A DNA stretch of 64,000 nucleotides, taken from Candidatus Eutrophomonas brisbanensis. GTDB taxonomy: Bacteria; Pseudomonadota; Gammaproteobacteria; Burkholderiales; Eutrophovitaceae. Each line of letters starts with the position of its first letter. Positions within the stretch are counted from its first letter, which is position 1. The DNA lies in the NCBI GenBank assembly GCA_038141705.1, contig JAYQIQ010000001.1, positions 278,600 through 342,599 on the forward strand. Reading direction: 5' to 3'. This document shows, piece by piece, positions 1 to 9,173 of this stretch. The position numbers and the translations under genes were made by a program. A model generated the notes under the pieces. That model searched no databases and was not told the DNA's origin. It saw only the letters and a list, made by a program, of their open reading frames with translations.

Positions 1-799
1 TGTAATACTGTAGATGGCTAATCGCCCTGTCTTTTAGGCGATCCTCAACACTCTTAGGGTCGTGTAACAGCGGATCCGTTTTATCATACGGTGTAGCCAT
101 TCCCCAAATTGCACCATAGAGCGGCACGTACACCAAGTAGGGCCTCACAATACTAAAAACCGAGCTCAGCGAACTGTATACACGATGAAATACGTTCGGC
201 CGAGTCACTGGCGAACCTAGATGCATTGATAACACTCCATCTGGGCCTAAAATTCGCTTACAGTGATTCAGAAAATCCACTCGATAAAGCGCCTCTGCTG
301 GACCAAAAGGATCAGTTAAGTCCAGCATCATCAGATCAAACTGATCTTGGCACTCCTCAACGTACTTTTTACCGTCGGTAATCAACACCTTCAGTCGTGG
401 GTCATCGAAAGCCCCCCTATGGACGTCGGGCAATTGCTCCTTACAAAAATCAACGACCACCTCGTCAATTTCTGCCATCACAACCTCTTCCATCGTCGGA
501 TACTTAAGGTACTCCTCCGCTGCGCCACCATCGCCACCACCAATCACTAGCGCCCGTTTCGGGGCTGCGTGCGATACGCCAGCCGGATGAATCATGTTTT
601 CATGGTAGAAGAACTCGTCCTTATCTGACGTCATGAAGTAGTCGTCAATTCGCAACGTCTTCCCGAATCCAGTTTGGATTACCTCAACATCTTGGAAATC
701 AGACTTAGCATGCGCAAGCCTGCCGCTGGATCTAACCCAGAATCCAAAGTCCTCGTTTAAATGTTCGAGCAGATAAAAATCGTCTTTCTTACTGGTCAT
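1..799 (-). CDS. speE: Spermidine synthase (polyamine aminopropyltransferase); 3' end runs off the window
   Basis: Manual translation from ATG at 799: MTSKKDDFYLLEHLN...DEFFYHENMIHP...ALVIGGGDGG...AEIDEVVV...DLTDPFGPAEALY; directly downstream of speD; missing from ORF track because it is open at the edge. Confidence 0.93.
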   Translation of the reverse strand, partial: MTSKKDDFYLLEHLNEDFGFWVRSSGRLAHAKSDFQDVEVIQTGFGKTLRIDDYFMTSDKDEFFYHENMIHPAGVSHAAPKRALVIGGGDGGAAEEYLKYPTMEEVVMAEIDEVVVDFCKEQLPDVHRGAFDDPRLKVLITDGKKYVEECQDQFDLMMLDLTDPFGPAEALYRVDFLNHCKRILGPDGVLSMHLGSPVTRPNVFHRVYSSLSSVFSIVRPYLVYVPLYGAIWGMATPYDKTDPLLHDPKSVEDRLKDRAISHLQYY

Positions 800-821
800 A
801 ATTACTTTCCCAGTGCCTGCC

Positions 822-1334
822 TCAAAGACGTTCTACCGCGTGCGCTTTCTCGCTCTTAGGCTGAAAAGTATCTAAAAGTGACTGATAAAGTTTACGAGCA
901 CGAGGTCTATTATCTTGCGTGTAACTGCAAACATAGACGTCCACCGTCACATAGCTTTTCTCTGGCCACGTATGGATGCAAAGATGTGATTCAGCCAGGA
1001 CAACCGTCCCCGTGACACCACCAGCGCCGTCGAACTGCTTGAAAAACTCCCCAACCGTGGTCAGGCCAGCTTCTTTGACTAAACGTACACAGTGGTTTTT
1101 CAAGAACTCAGCATCAAGCATGTAGCGGTCGTCACACTGCACTTCAAATAGGTCTCCCATTACGTGGAGCCCCGGTGTTTCCTTTACACCTTGAAGATCA
1201 GGCGAAGACTGGCTAACGGATTCGACCGAGTCGGTTACCAAATGGAGCCCAACATCAGACTCATGTGTATTTTTCTGAAGCGTTTCTGTCTCCGTTGCGA
1301 CCGGAAGAACCTTCTTCAATTTGAGATTACGCAT
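822..1334 (-). CDS. speD: S-adenosylmethionine decarboxylase proenzyme (class 1B), with N-terminal extension
   Basis: GVTGTVVLAESHLCIHTWPE self-cleavage motif; SD GGGAGG upstream; adjacent to speE. Confidence 0.93.
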   Translation of the reverse strand: MRNLKLKKVLPVATETETLQKNTHESDVGLHLVTDSVESVSQSSPDLQGVKETPGLHVMGDLFEVQCDDRYMLDAEFLKNHCVRLVKEAGLTTVGEFFKQFDGAGGVTGTVVLAESHLCIHTWPEKSYVTVDVYVCSYTQDNRPRARKLYQSLLDTFQPKSEKAHAVERL

Positions 1335-1346
1335 ATCTCACCTCCC

Positions 1347-1478
1347 TCAAAGTAAACGGGGAAACCCCTGTGTTGCGTCGAGGACGCGTACCCAAACCGC
1401 GATTCCCGCCGAGGGGTCATTGGCTGCAATTCCCGTTGACCTGGTCTCGACGACCCAGCGACCGGACAGAAACGACAT
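1347..1478 (-). CDS. Putative 43-aa leader peptide (uORF) of speD
   Basis: ATG 1478 to TGA 1347-1349: MSFLSGRWVVETRSTGIAANDPSAGIAVWVRVLDATQGFPRLL; stop codon abuts the speD SD. Confidence 0.5.
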   Translation of the reverse strand: MSFLSGRWVVETRSTGIAANDPSAGIAVWVRVLDATQGFPRLL

Positions 1479-1502
1479 GCCGGTCAAAAACTTGAAGGCC
1501 GA

Positions 1503-1530
1503 ACTATACGCATACCATTGAGAAATTCAA
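1503..1530 (-). promoter_or_regulatory. Putative sigma70 promoter for the leader-speD-speE transcript
   Basis: TTGAAT-N16-TATAGT on the minus strand. Confidence 0.45.
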
Positions 1531-1662
1531 GGTTTTTGAGGTATTTTTTGCGAATAAAACAACGGCGTTCACATTACTGTGCCAATAACTTGATTGCACA
1601 CTGTAATAGTCAACTTAACCGCCAATGTTAGGTGACTGTTTTATTTGATTTTTTGAAAAATG

Positions 1663-2442
1663 TCAGAGCGTGCCAGGATAACCACCACCATCGATCAGGA
1701 AGTTTTGGCCGGTGATATATGAGGCTTGCGCGCTACATATGTAGGCGCACAGCTGACCAAACTCCTTTGGCTCACCAAAACGTCCAGCCGGTATAGCGTT
1801 TAAGCGCTGCTGAGCAATCTCCTCAACAGTTTTTCCCGATTGTTTAGCCATCGCGTCCATCCTTCCACGCATAGTTTCGGTCGCGAAAGCTCCCGGTAAG
1901 ATGTTGTTAATAGTCACATTGTGCATCGGAGTTTGACGGGATAACCCTGCGATAAAGCCCGTGAGTCCCGCGCGCGCACCGTTTGAGAGCCCCAATATCG
2001 GGATAGGCGCCTTCACTGCCGCAGACGTGATATTCACTATCCTTCCAAATTTTCGCTCGATCATCCCATCGAGAACCGCTTTTATAAGCTCGATGGGGGT
2101 TAGCATGTTTGCCTCAAGGGCCTTGATCCAATCCTCTGAGGTGAATGTTCGAAAATCGCCCGCTGGGGGGCCTCCAGCATTGTTAATAAGAATATCCGGC
2201 GAAGCAATCGCCTCTAGCGCCAATGATCTGCCCGCTACCGACGTAATATCCGCCGCGACCGTTTTTACCTCAACACTCGAGGCATTCCTAATTTTTTGTG
2301 CAGCCACATCTAGCGCTTCTTGCCCTCGCGCAACCAAAACGATATTGACCCCCTCCTCTGCTAGCGCCTCCGCACATGCAAAACCCAAACCCTTGCTTCC
2401 AGCACAAACTAAAGCCCATTTCCCTTTTAAACCAAAATCCAT
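1663..2442 (-). CDS. Short-chain dehydrogenase/reductase (3-oxoacyl-ACP reductase-like)
   Basis: ALVCAGSKGLG nucleotide-binding motif, NNAGGPPAG, GQNFLIDGG; start taken at MDFGLK. Confidence 0.9.
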   Translation of the reverse strand: MDFGLKGKWALVCAGSKGLGFACAEALAEEGVNIVLVARGQEALDVAAQKIRNASSVEVKTVAADITSVAGRSLALEAIASPDILINNAGGPPAGDFRTFTSEDWIKALEANMLTPIELIKAVLDGMIERKFGRIVNITSAAVKAPIPILGLSNGARAGLTGFIAGLSRQTPMHNVTINNILPGAFATETMRGRMDAMAKQSGKTVEEIAQQRLNAIPAGRFGEPKEFGQLCAYICSAQASYITGQNFLIDGGGYPGTL

Positions 2443-2552
2443 TACACCCCCATTAGCTGGCTTCAAAAATCGATCACAAACATCATTCTGGTCTATTAGA
2501 TTTTTTTGTCAAACAGCTATAATTAAGGTTATTGCTTAACTAGTCACAGAAA

Positions 2553-3305
2553 ATGAAGAAGCTCCTAACAACTTTCTGTTTGTCTATTACTTTTATTCTG
2601 TTATCCAGTGGTTGTGCGGTTGGCCCCCATAGCCACGACCCACTGGAGTCCGTAAACCGAAAAGTCGACGCATTCAATACCGCGGTCGACTCGGCAGTTA
2701 TCAAACCAATTGCTAAAGGCTATCGTTCTTATGTGCCCTCTTTCGTCCGTACTGGGGTGAGAAATTTTTTCAGGAATCTGGGTGTGCTGAACACAGCGGT
2801 AAATGACACGCTACAACTGAAATATAAAAGAGCACCCGTTGATCTCGCCCGATTCGTAACAAATGTTGTTCTAGGTATCGGTGGCGTGTTCGATCCTGCT
2901 ACGAAATTGGGGATCCCTTACTACCAAGAGGACTTCGGACAAACCCTCGGGTACTGGGGAGTTCCGAGCGGACCATATCTTGTACTACCATTCTTCGGGC
3001 CGAGCACTATTCGAGATGGACTCAGCAAACCAGTCGATTTTTCAACCGACCCCATCTACTTCGTCAACGAAGATGACGTTCGTTGGAAACTCATAGGGCT
3101 CCAAGCCGTGGATACGCGATCCAACTTATTCGAAACGGAACAGGTGGTGAACGATGCCGCGATCGACAAGTATAGTTTCATCAGGGACACCTGGCTTCAG
3201 CGGAGAGAATTCCAGATTCATGATGGCAATCTACCCCGAGATGGAAACAGCAACTCTGGGTTGAAATCTCTTCGAGAATTAGAACTTGAGGACTTTCCCG
3301 AGTAG
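2553..3305 (+). CDS. mlaA: MlaA/VacJ phospholipid-asymmetry lipoprotein
   Basis: Lipobox SSGC; DPLESVNR; EDFGQTLGYWGVPSGPYLVLPFFGPSTIRD. Confidence 0.93.
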   Translation: MKKLLTTFCLSITFILLSSGCAVGPHSHDPLESVNRKVDAFNTAVDSAVIKPIAKGYRSYVPSFVRTGVRNFFRNLGVLNTAVNDTLQLKYKRAPVDLARFVTNVVLGIGGVFDPATKLGIPYYQEDFGQTLGYWGVPSGPYLVLPFFGPSTIRDGLSKPVDFSTDPIYFVNEDDVRWKLIGLQAVDTRSNLFETEQVVNDAAIDKYSFIRDTWLQRREFQIHDGNLPRDGNSNSGLKSLRELELEDFPE

Positions 3306-3347
3306 CGAGTCAGCCAGGGCGTACCAGGCGATTAAATTTCAATCGAT

Positions 3348-4187
3348 TTAATTCACCTGTTGAACAATCTTTCTTAGTTCAGCTATCTTTAACTTGACCT
3401 GCTCGGCGTTGGGTTGCCCGGGTTCCAAAAGCAGCGACCGCTCATAATCAATAATTGATGCTCCCGTCGCCCCAAGTCCCTCGCACACCTTGGCGCGATT
3501 GAGATGATCCTCAGCGCAAACTAAACCGAACTCGATAATCCAGTTGAGAATCACCAGCGATTTCTCATGATCGCCTCTCTCCATGTATATGGCCCGTAAA
3601 TTCTGCAAAAATCTCGTTAATATCGCACGGTTCGTACTCGGCGCAACCAGCGAGGAAACGATCGCTGGAGACACCTCGCCACCCCTGTTTTTTCTCAAAG
3701 CCTCCTGCAGATCAGACCAACTTAAAAATTGCCCTTTAGAAAATACATCGATAAAAATCAATTGATCATCCTCATCACATCGCACAAGAAAATGCCCGGG
3801 GAAACAAACGCCAGAGAGATTTAAATCAATGAACCTACCTAATTCAATGTACAAAATAGAAAGTGAGATGGGTATACCGGTGCGTCGAGAGAGGACCTCG
3901 TTCATACAGCTATTTCTTGGATCGAAGTAATCATCTCGATTTGGCTCAAAGCCATTCGAAACGAACAGAAATTCATTCAAAGCAGAGAGTCGATCGAGAA
4001 AGGACTTCGTACCCAATACACGTTCTTTTAATCCAATACGCAGTCGATCCAATTCGACCATCACCTCGGTGGTGTTTAGATTTTGGTAAAGGTGTGATGC
4101 AAATATTAATGCGGCCTCGAAGAGCGGTATTTCAGTATCATCTCGGTCGAATAAGCTCTTTAGACTACTCGACCAATGAGTGGACAT
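3348..4187 (-). CDS. SirB1/YchA-family transglutaminase-like protein with C-terminal TPR
   Basis: DYFDPRNSCMNEVLSRRTGIPISL...FPGHFLVR motif. Confidence 0.85.
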   Translation of the reverse strand: MSTHWSSSLKSLFDRDDTEIPLFEAALIFASHLYQNLNTTEVMVELDRLRIGLKERVLGTKSFLDRLSALNEFLFVSNGFEPNRDDYFDPRNSCMNEVLSRRTGIPISLSILYIELGRFIDLNLSGVCFPGHFLVRCDEDDQLIFIDVFSKGQFLSWSDLQEALRKNRGGEVSPAIVSSLVAPSTNRAILTRFLQNLRAIYMERGDHEKSLVILNWIIEFGLVCAEDHLNRAKVCEGLGATGASIIDYERSLLLEPGQPNAEQVKLKIAELRKIVQQVN

Positions 4188-4204
4188 AATTTCACAACCA
4201 AAAA

Positions 4205-5542
4205 TTATTTACCTCCAGCGCTAGACCTAGGCATAAATAGCGCTGCGACCGGCTTATTCGAGTTTTTAGCTTTCTCCGCACCTGCTGAGGATACTTTTTT
4301 AACCCCCTGCTTTTTTAATTCATCTGACTTGGCAGTCGGGACGTAAGGTTTATCGAAAAGAGGATCTTCCGATTTCTTGGCCGAACTCAGCCGTCGACCA
4401 CTGGTCGGTCTCGTTAATGAGGATTTCGATTGAAGTTTTACTTTTATCAATTTTTCTATGTTTGAGAGACACTCACCGTCTTCATTACCCGCAAATGAAA
4501 TTGCCTCCCCTTTTTGTCCGGCTCGCCCAGTTCGTCCAATACGATGCACATAGTCCTCTGGGTTCGGCGGCAAATCAAAATTGATTACGAAAGGAAGATC
4601 CTCAATGTCGATACCCCTAGCAGCGATATCCGTCGCAACCAAAAAATTAATCTCATTTGCCTTAAATTTCGCGAGCGCATCCATGCGCTCAATCTGAGTT
4701 CTATCACTATGAATAGCCTGAGCGGAGAAACCTTTACGATCGAGATAACTCGAGAGCCGATTGGCACCTATCTTAGTGTTACAAAAGATCAAGACTTGCT
4801 TCATATCCCTCATGGAGATCAAATCAACCAGACGATCCCGTTTTGAAAAATCATCTACTTTGTAAACGGTGTGCTCAATCGTTTCCGTAATGGTGTTCCT
4901 AGGTGCAACCTCAACCTTTACCGGATCGTTTAACCATTTGGACGCAAGAGACCTAATTTCATCAGAGTAAGTGGCCGAGAACATCAGTGTTTGACGTTTC
5001 TGCGGAAGTAGCTCGATGATCCTTTTGATGTCTGGAAGAAACCCCATGTCCAGCATTCGATCCGCCTCGTCAAGCACCAAAAATTCCACCGCTGTAAAGC
5101 GGACGGCCTTCATCTGAATGTGATCTAGTAATCGGCCTGGAGTCGCGACAAGTATTTCGATCCCGGAGCGAAGCATCGTCGTTTGGGGGTCCATTGGAAC
5201 GCCACCAAAAACTGAACCAATCCGCAGAGGCAAGTACTTGCCGTATGTCTTTGCACTCTCCTCAACCTGCGCTGCTAATTCACGAGTCGGGGCTAGAATT
5301 AGAGCACGGATCGGATGTTTCGCCGGAGAAACACTGGTATTCGCATGTTTCGAAAGCAAGTCCAACATTGGTAATGTAAAACTCGCTGTTTTTCCTGTTC
5401 CTGTTTGGGCTGCAGCAAGCACATCACGTCCAGAGAGAATTTCTGGAATAGCTTTCTCCTGGATGGGAGTTGGCTTTTCGTAACCCTGATCGGAAATCGA
5501 TCGGTTTAACAGCTGGTTAAGGCCTAAATTCGCAAAACTCAT
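4205..5542 (-). CDS. rhlE: DEAD-box RNA helicase (RhlE-like)
   Basis: Q motif, AQTGTGKT, PTRELA, DEAD, SAT, HRIGRTGR; start taken at MSFANLGL. Confidence 0.85.
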   Translation of the reverse strand: MSFANLGLNQLLNRSISDQGYEKPTPIQEKAIPEILSGRDVLAAAQTGTGKTASFTLPMLDLLSKHANTSVSPAKHPIRALILAPTRELAAQVEESAKTYGKYLPLRIGSVFGGVPMDPQTTMLRSGIEILVATPGRLLDHIQMKAVRFTAVEFLVLDEADRMLDMGFLPDIKRIIELLPQKRQTLMFSATYSDEIRSLASKWLNDPVKVEVAPRNTITETIEHTVYKVDDFSKRDRLVDLISMRDMKQVLIFCNTKIGANRLSSYLDRKGFSAQAIHSDRTQIERMDALAKFKANEINFLVATDIAARGIDIEDLPFVINFDLPPNPEDYVHRIGRTGRAGQKGEAISFAGNEDGECLSNIEKLIKVKLQSKSSLTRPTSGRRLSSAKKSEDPLFDKPYVPTAKSDELKKQGVKKVSSAGAEKAKNSNKPVAALFMPRSSAGGK

Positions 5543-5649
5543 ATTTCTCCAATTTCGTTGACCAGTGGCCAAACGATTAACACGCGAGGCAGTTCTAGAG
5601 ATTTCTCGCCTAAGAAGATGCGCATCCTACCGCAATATCAATATCCTGG

Positions 5650-6374
5650 CTAAAACGCATCGAGAGTAGTCAACTTAGTGAGAAGGTTCGCGCCTTTGCA
5701 TCTTGCACGCTCTTTAAGAATTTCGTAATCTTGACAGCCCCACTCACTTTCCAAATCACACGCCAGAGCGAAAAACTTCAGGGCCTCAGAATCGCTCTGG
5801 GTAACACCAATGCCCATCGCGAATGCATTACCCATTTTCATGCAGGCATCTTCTCGCCCGGAACTACAGCCTACCTCATAAAATTCAGCAGTCTCTCCGT
5901 AGTAATAGGCAAAGCCGAGAGCATCGCAGGCGGTAGTAACGCCTGCCTGACAGGCTTTTTCATAAAAACCAAACGCTTTTACAAAATTTCTACGGACATT
6001 ACCCCCTTATAAAAGGCATGTCCAAGAGAATTACAAGCCATACCTGCACCAAGCTCACAACGCTCCAAATAAGTCTTAACAGCTGCAAGATAGTCGGGCG
6101 TTACCGCTATACCGTTATAAACCCTGTAGCCAAGAAAGAGACATGCATCCGCAATATCGCGGTCACAAGCCTTCTCAAAGTAATTGATTGCTGCAATGTA
6201 ATCTTGGCCTACTACATCCCCCTCGATATGGGCAATACCAAGCTCGTTACAAGAAGAGCCTCTACCAGCGGCGCATTCCTGTCTCGAAATATTTAAATCA
6301 GGATTAGCTGCAAAACATATCCCGATAAAAAAGGTCGCGAGAAATGAAACCAACGTTACACAGAACGATCTCAT
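5650..6374 (-). CDS. Secreted Sel1-like repeat protein (frameshifted)
   Basis: Signal peptide; Cys-containing Sel1 repeats (YFEKACD..DAC, ALKFFALACDL..WGC) across ORFs 5979-6374 and 5650-5841. Confidence 0.7.
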
Positions 6375-6518
6375 AAACCGTAGGTTACCATGGGGCGAAA
6401 CATCGCATGAAGTATTACTATCTTCGAAACTCAGTCACTGTGAAAATAAAACCATAACGGAACTCATAAGCCAGTCATAAGTTTAAATTTATCAACAGAT
6501 GAAGATGAGGTGTAAGCA

Positions 6519-6971
6519 ATGAAAGTGATCCTTTCTCTTGTTATCGTGCTAGCGGTCAGCTCTTCCGCTGCTGCGCAGGAAAGATCCACTCAATTGAGCT
6601 GTACCATCAGTGGGCATCAAGCAAATATAACGAATGGAACGACTTTGGACCGCGTACTACCTGAGAGAGTAGTTAACGTTACAGTCTCAAGCGATCACAC
6701 CAATAGCTCGAGCTTAAGCATTGCAGTGGACGAAATTGGAAGCGAATACCATTTACGCCTGGCTGCCGACACAGCGACCCAGAACCTATCTGATGCAAGT
6801 AAATATCATCTTGCCGTGGAAAGACCTGGCACCGACGTTATTAAAAGAAGCGGCGAGGAGATAATTATTGATTTAGAAAAATACTCAATTAAGGCAAATA
6901 TATTCGCAGAATTATCCGACGATAGCTTGATAAAAATAAACTATAACGGAATCTGTAGAAATATTGAGTAA
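6519..6971 (+). CDS. Hypothetical exported protein
   Basis: SD GAGGT; signal peptide ending AAA-Q; 150 aa; no recognised family. Confidence 0.65.
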   Translation: MKVILSLVIVLAVSSSAAAQERSTQLSCTISGHQANITNGTTLDRVLPERVVNVTVSSDHTNSSSLSIAVDEIGSEYHLRLAADTATQNLSDASKYHLAVERPGTDVIKRSGEEIIIDLEKYSIKANIFAELSDDSLIKINYNGICRNIE

Positions 6972-7046
6972 AAGCAATCGCAGCGAAATTTATCTCTCCG
7001 GCAATGTATGTACACTCATTAGAGGCCGCACAAAATTGAGCTGTTA

Positions 7047-7113
7047 AAATGCTACAGTCAATTTCTTAAAAGATTGATTTTACTGGGTTAGTTACTGCGC
7101 CCCGGTAGCTCAG
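7047..7113 (+). repeat. Direct repeat copy 1 (att-like): tRNA-Arg leader plus first 15 nt of the tRNA
   Basis: 67 bp matching 10033-10099 with 3 mismatches; ends GCCCCGGTAGCTCAG. Confidence 0.93.
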
Positions 7114-7950
7114 CTCGTCTATTTCAAGGCTCGCACCACACGCTACATGAAGCGATTGATCGGTATCAGGAAACGTTTGTTACAAAATTCAAAAGTGTCA
7201 AGACAGCACAATGGGAGCTACAGTTCTTAAAAAGACACATCCTCAACGAACGCTTAGATACATTTCAATCCACACGGGTAGCTCAATATCGAGATGACCG
7301 TTTGTCTCAAGGAGTATCTGGCTCATCTATTAACCGTGAGCTAAACACCCTCTCGAGTTTTTGATATCGCCATGAAGGAGTGGTGCTGGGTGAATCACAA
7401 CCCAGTTAAACAAATTACTCGCCCAAAGAATGGACGACACCGAGAACGTAGACCTACATCCTCAGAAATTATTTCACTTCGTAACGAGTGCGCACGATCT
7501 AGGAACAACGATATTTGGATCATGATTGAACTCGCTATAGAAACGGGCATGAGACAAGGAGAGTTACTGAACCTAGAGACCGCATCAATTAATCTTCAAA
7601 CAAGGATAGCGCACCTACACGAGACCAAGAATGGAGAATCCAGAAGTGTTCCTTTGTCTAAACGGGCATGTGATTTGGTGAAGACACAACTTCAAACCAC
7701 AGCCTCAGGAAAACTCTTTCCACGGTGGTCAGGTGGTGACGGATTTAGAAGCACCTTTAAGCGAGTCTGCGAACGAGCTGGTATTGAAGATTTACGCTTC
7801 CATGATTTAAGACATGAAGCTGCAAGCAGGTTCTTCGAGCTGGGATTAAATCAGTTCCAAGTGGCTGCCATCACTGGTCATAAATCGCTTCAAAGCCTTC
7901 ATCGCTACACACACATCAAAACTGAGAATCTAGTGAACCTGATTTCTTAG
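7114..7950 (+). pseudogene. Tyrosine recombinase/integrase, 5'-truncated and frameshifted
   Basis: Upstream frame TLHEAIDRY...SINRELNTLSS, then ETGMRQGE, TKNG, FHDLRHEA, ITGH, RY catalytic residues; no start codon before the repeat. Confidence 0.85.
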
Positions 7951-9173
7951 AAAGATACAGGTTAATTTGTAATTATTCTGGACTAGACCACCCGGGGGAG
8001 GGGTAAATCGTTAGCTGTTTAGATATAAGTGCCTTAGCAGATACAAAAAAGAGATTCTGTACACACTTGAAATGATCCCCTGCTGAGAATCAGAAAAGCC
8101 TTAAAAACTGGCTCTCAAGTTTAAGTTATTCCATCAGCTGCAGTTGGAATGGTCCTCAACGACATTACCAATGAGACCAAAGGCTACACCGGCTATTACA
8201 CTGTCTGATCTAGGGGAGATTCTGAACTGATACTTCTTCCCTTTCTCAGCATTCAGGTCAATACTAAATTTCCCGGAATAGACCACGTATCAACAACTAA
8301 ACCTCTCTTACCCTCGCCAACGATGGCCGTAAACGCACCCCCTCGAGAAAGTTTAGCGATGACCGCCAATAAAAATGCGTGCTCCTAAAGCTAAATAAAG
8401 CAAGCTATCATCACGATTAAATACCAGCGTCGCCCTCCGTGGAGGACAGTTGGAGCTGCAGAAGTTTTGATCTTCTCTTTGGTTGGTAGAATCGATTAGT
8501 AAAGAAGACAGAAATACAATTACAGCGAAGCGACGAACATTATCTCCAGAACATACAAGCAGAAAGTCAGTTTTTACTTCCAGATTCTTTTTTCTTGGCG
8601 TTAACAGGAATTACAAAGCTAGGAGCATATCGATGTTTATCAGTGGGACAATACCAAAATCTAGAAACACTGCACTCGCTATGAGAAACTTTCGATATGT
8701 CTCAAGTAATTTTAAGCGGATCATCAGACCTTCTAACTCGCTGTGCCTGGGATTGTTTGAGTTATAACCTCTCTTATTTGACAACTGACAAGTACCACCA
8801 AGCTCCATCGGAGAACGACAGGGAGATGGGGACATAAGCATCATTCGTTATTGTTGCGCAACCAACTGCCGTAGACGCAAAGACCTCAAGAGAAATGAAG
8901 AAATTTTCATATTATGGATACCCCATTTAACATTAAACTAAATCATGTTACGTTTTACAAATATTCTTGTTCGTCGTCAAGAGGAAATATCAACATCAAA
9001 AAGTGTCTATATGACGACTAATAAGTCTTATAAAACAACACATAAGTATATGTTTATATTAATATAATTAGCTTAATTAGAGCTAAACAGTATTACTATG
9101 CATTAGCCTCCTTCTTCTCCTCCTCCTTCCTTCTTCTTACCTTCTGATTACCAACAACAGTTATCTTCATTTG

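Noticed and set aside
1961-2539. Long antisense ORFs (also 21324-21938, 43904-44473, 47800-48294, 57008-57769)
   Set aside because: Shadows of well-supported genes on the opposite strand; no motifs or RBS
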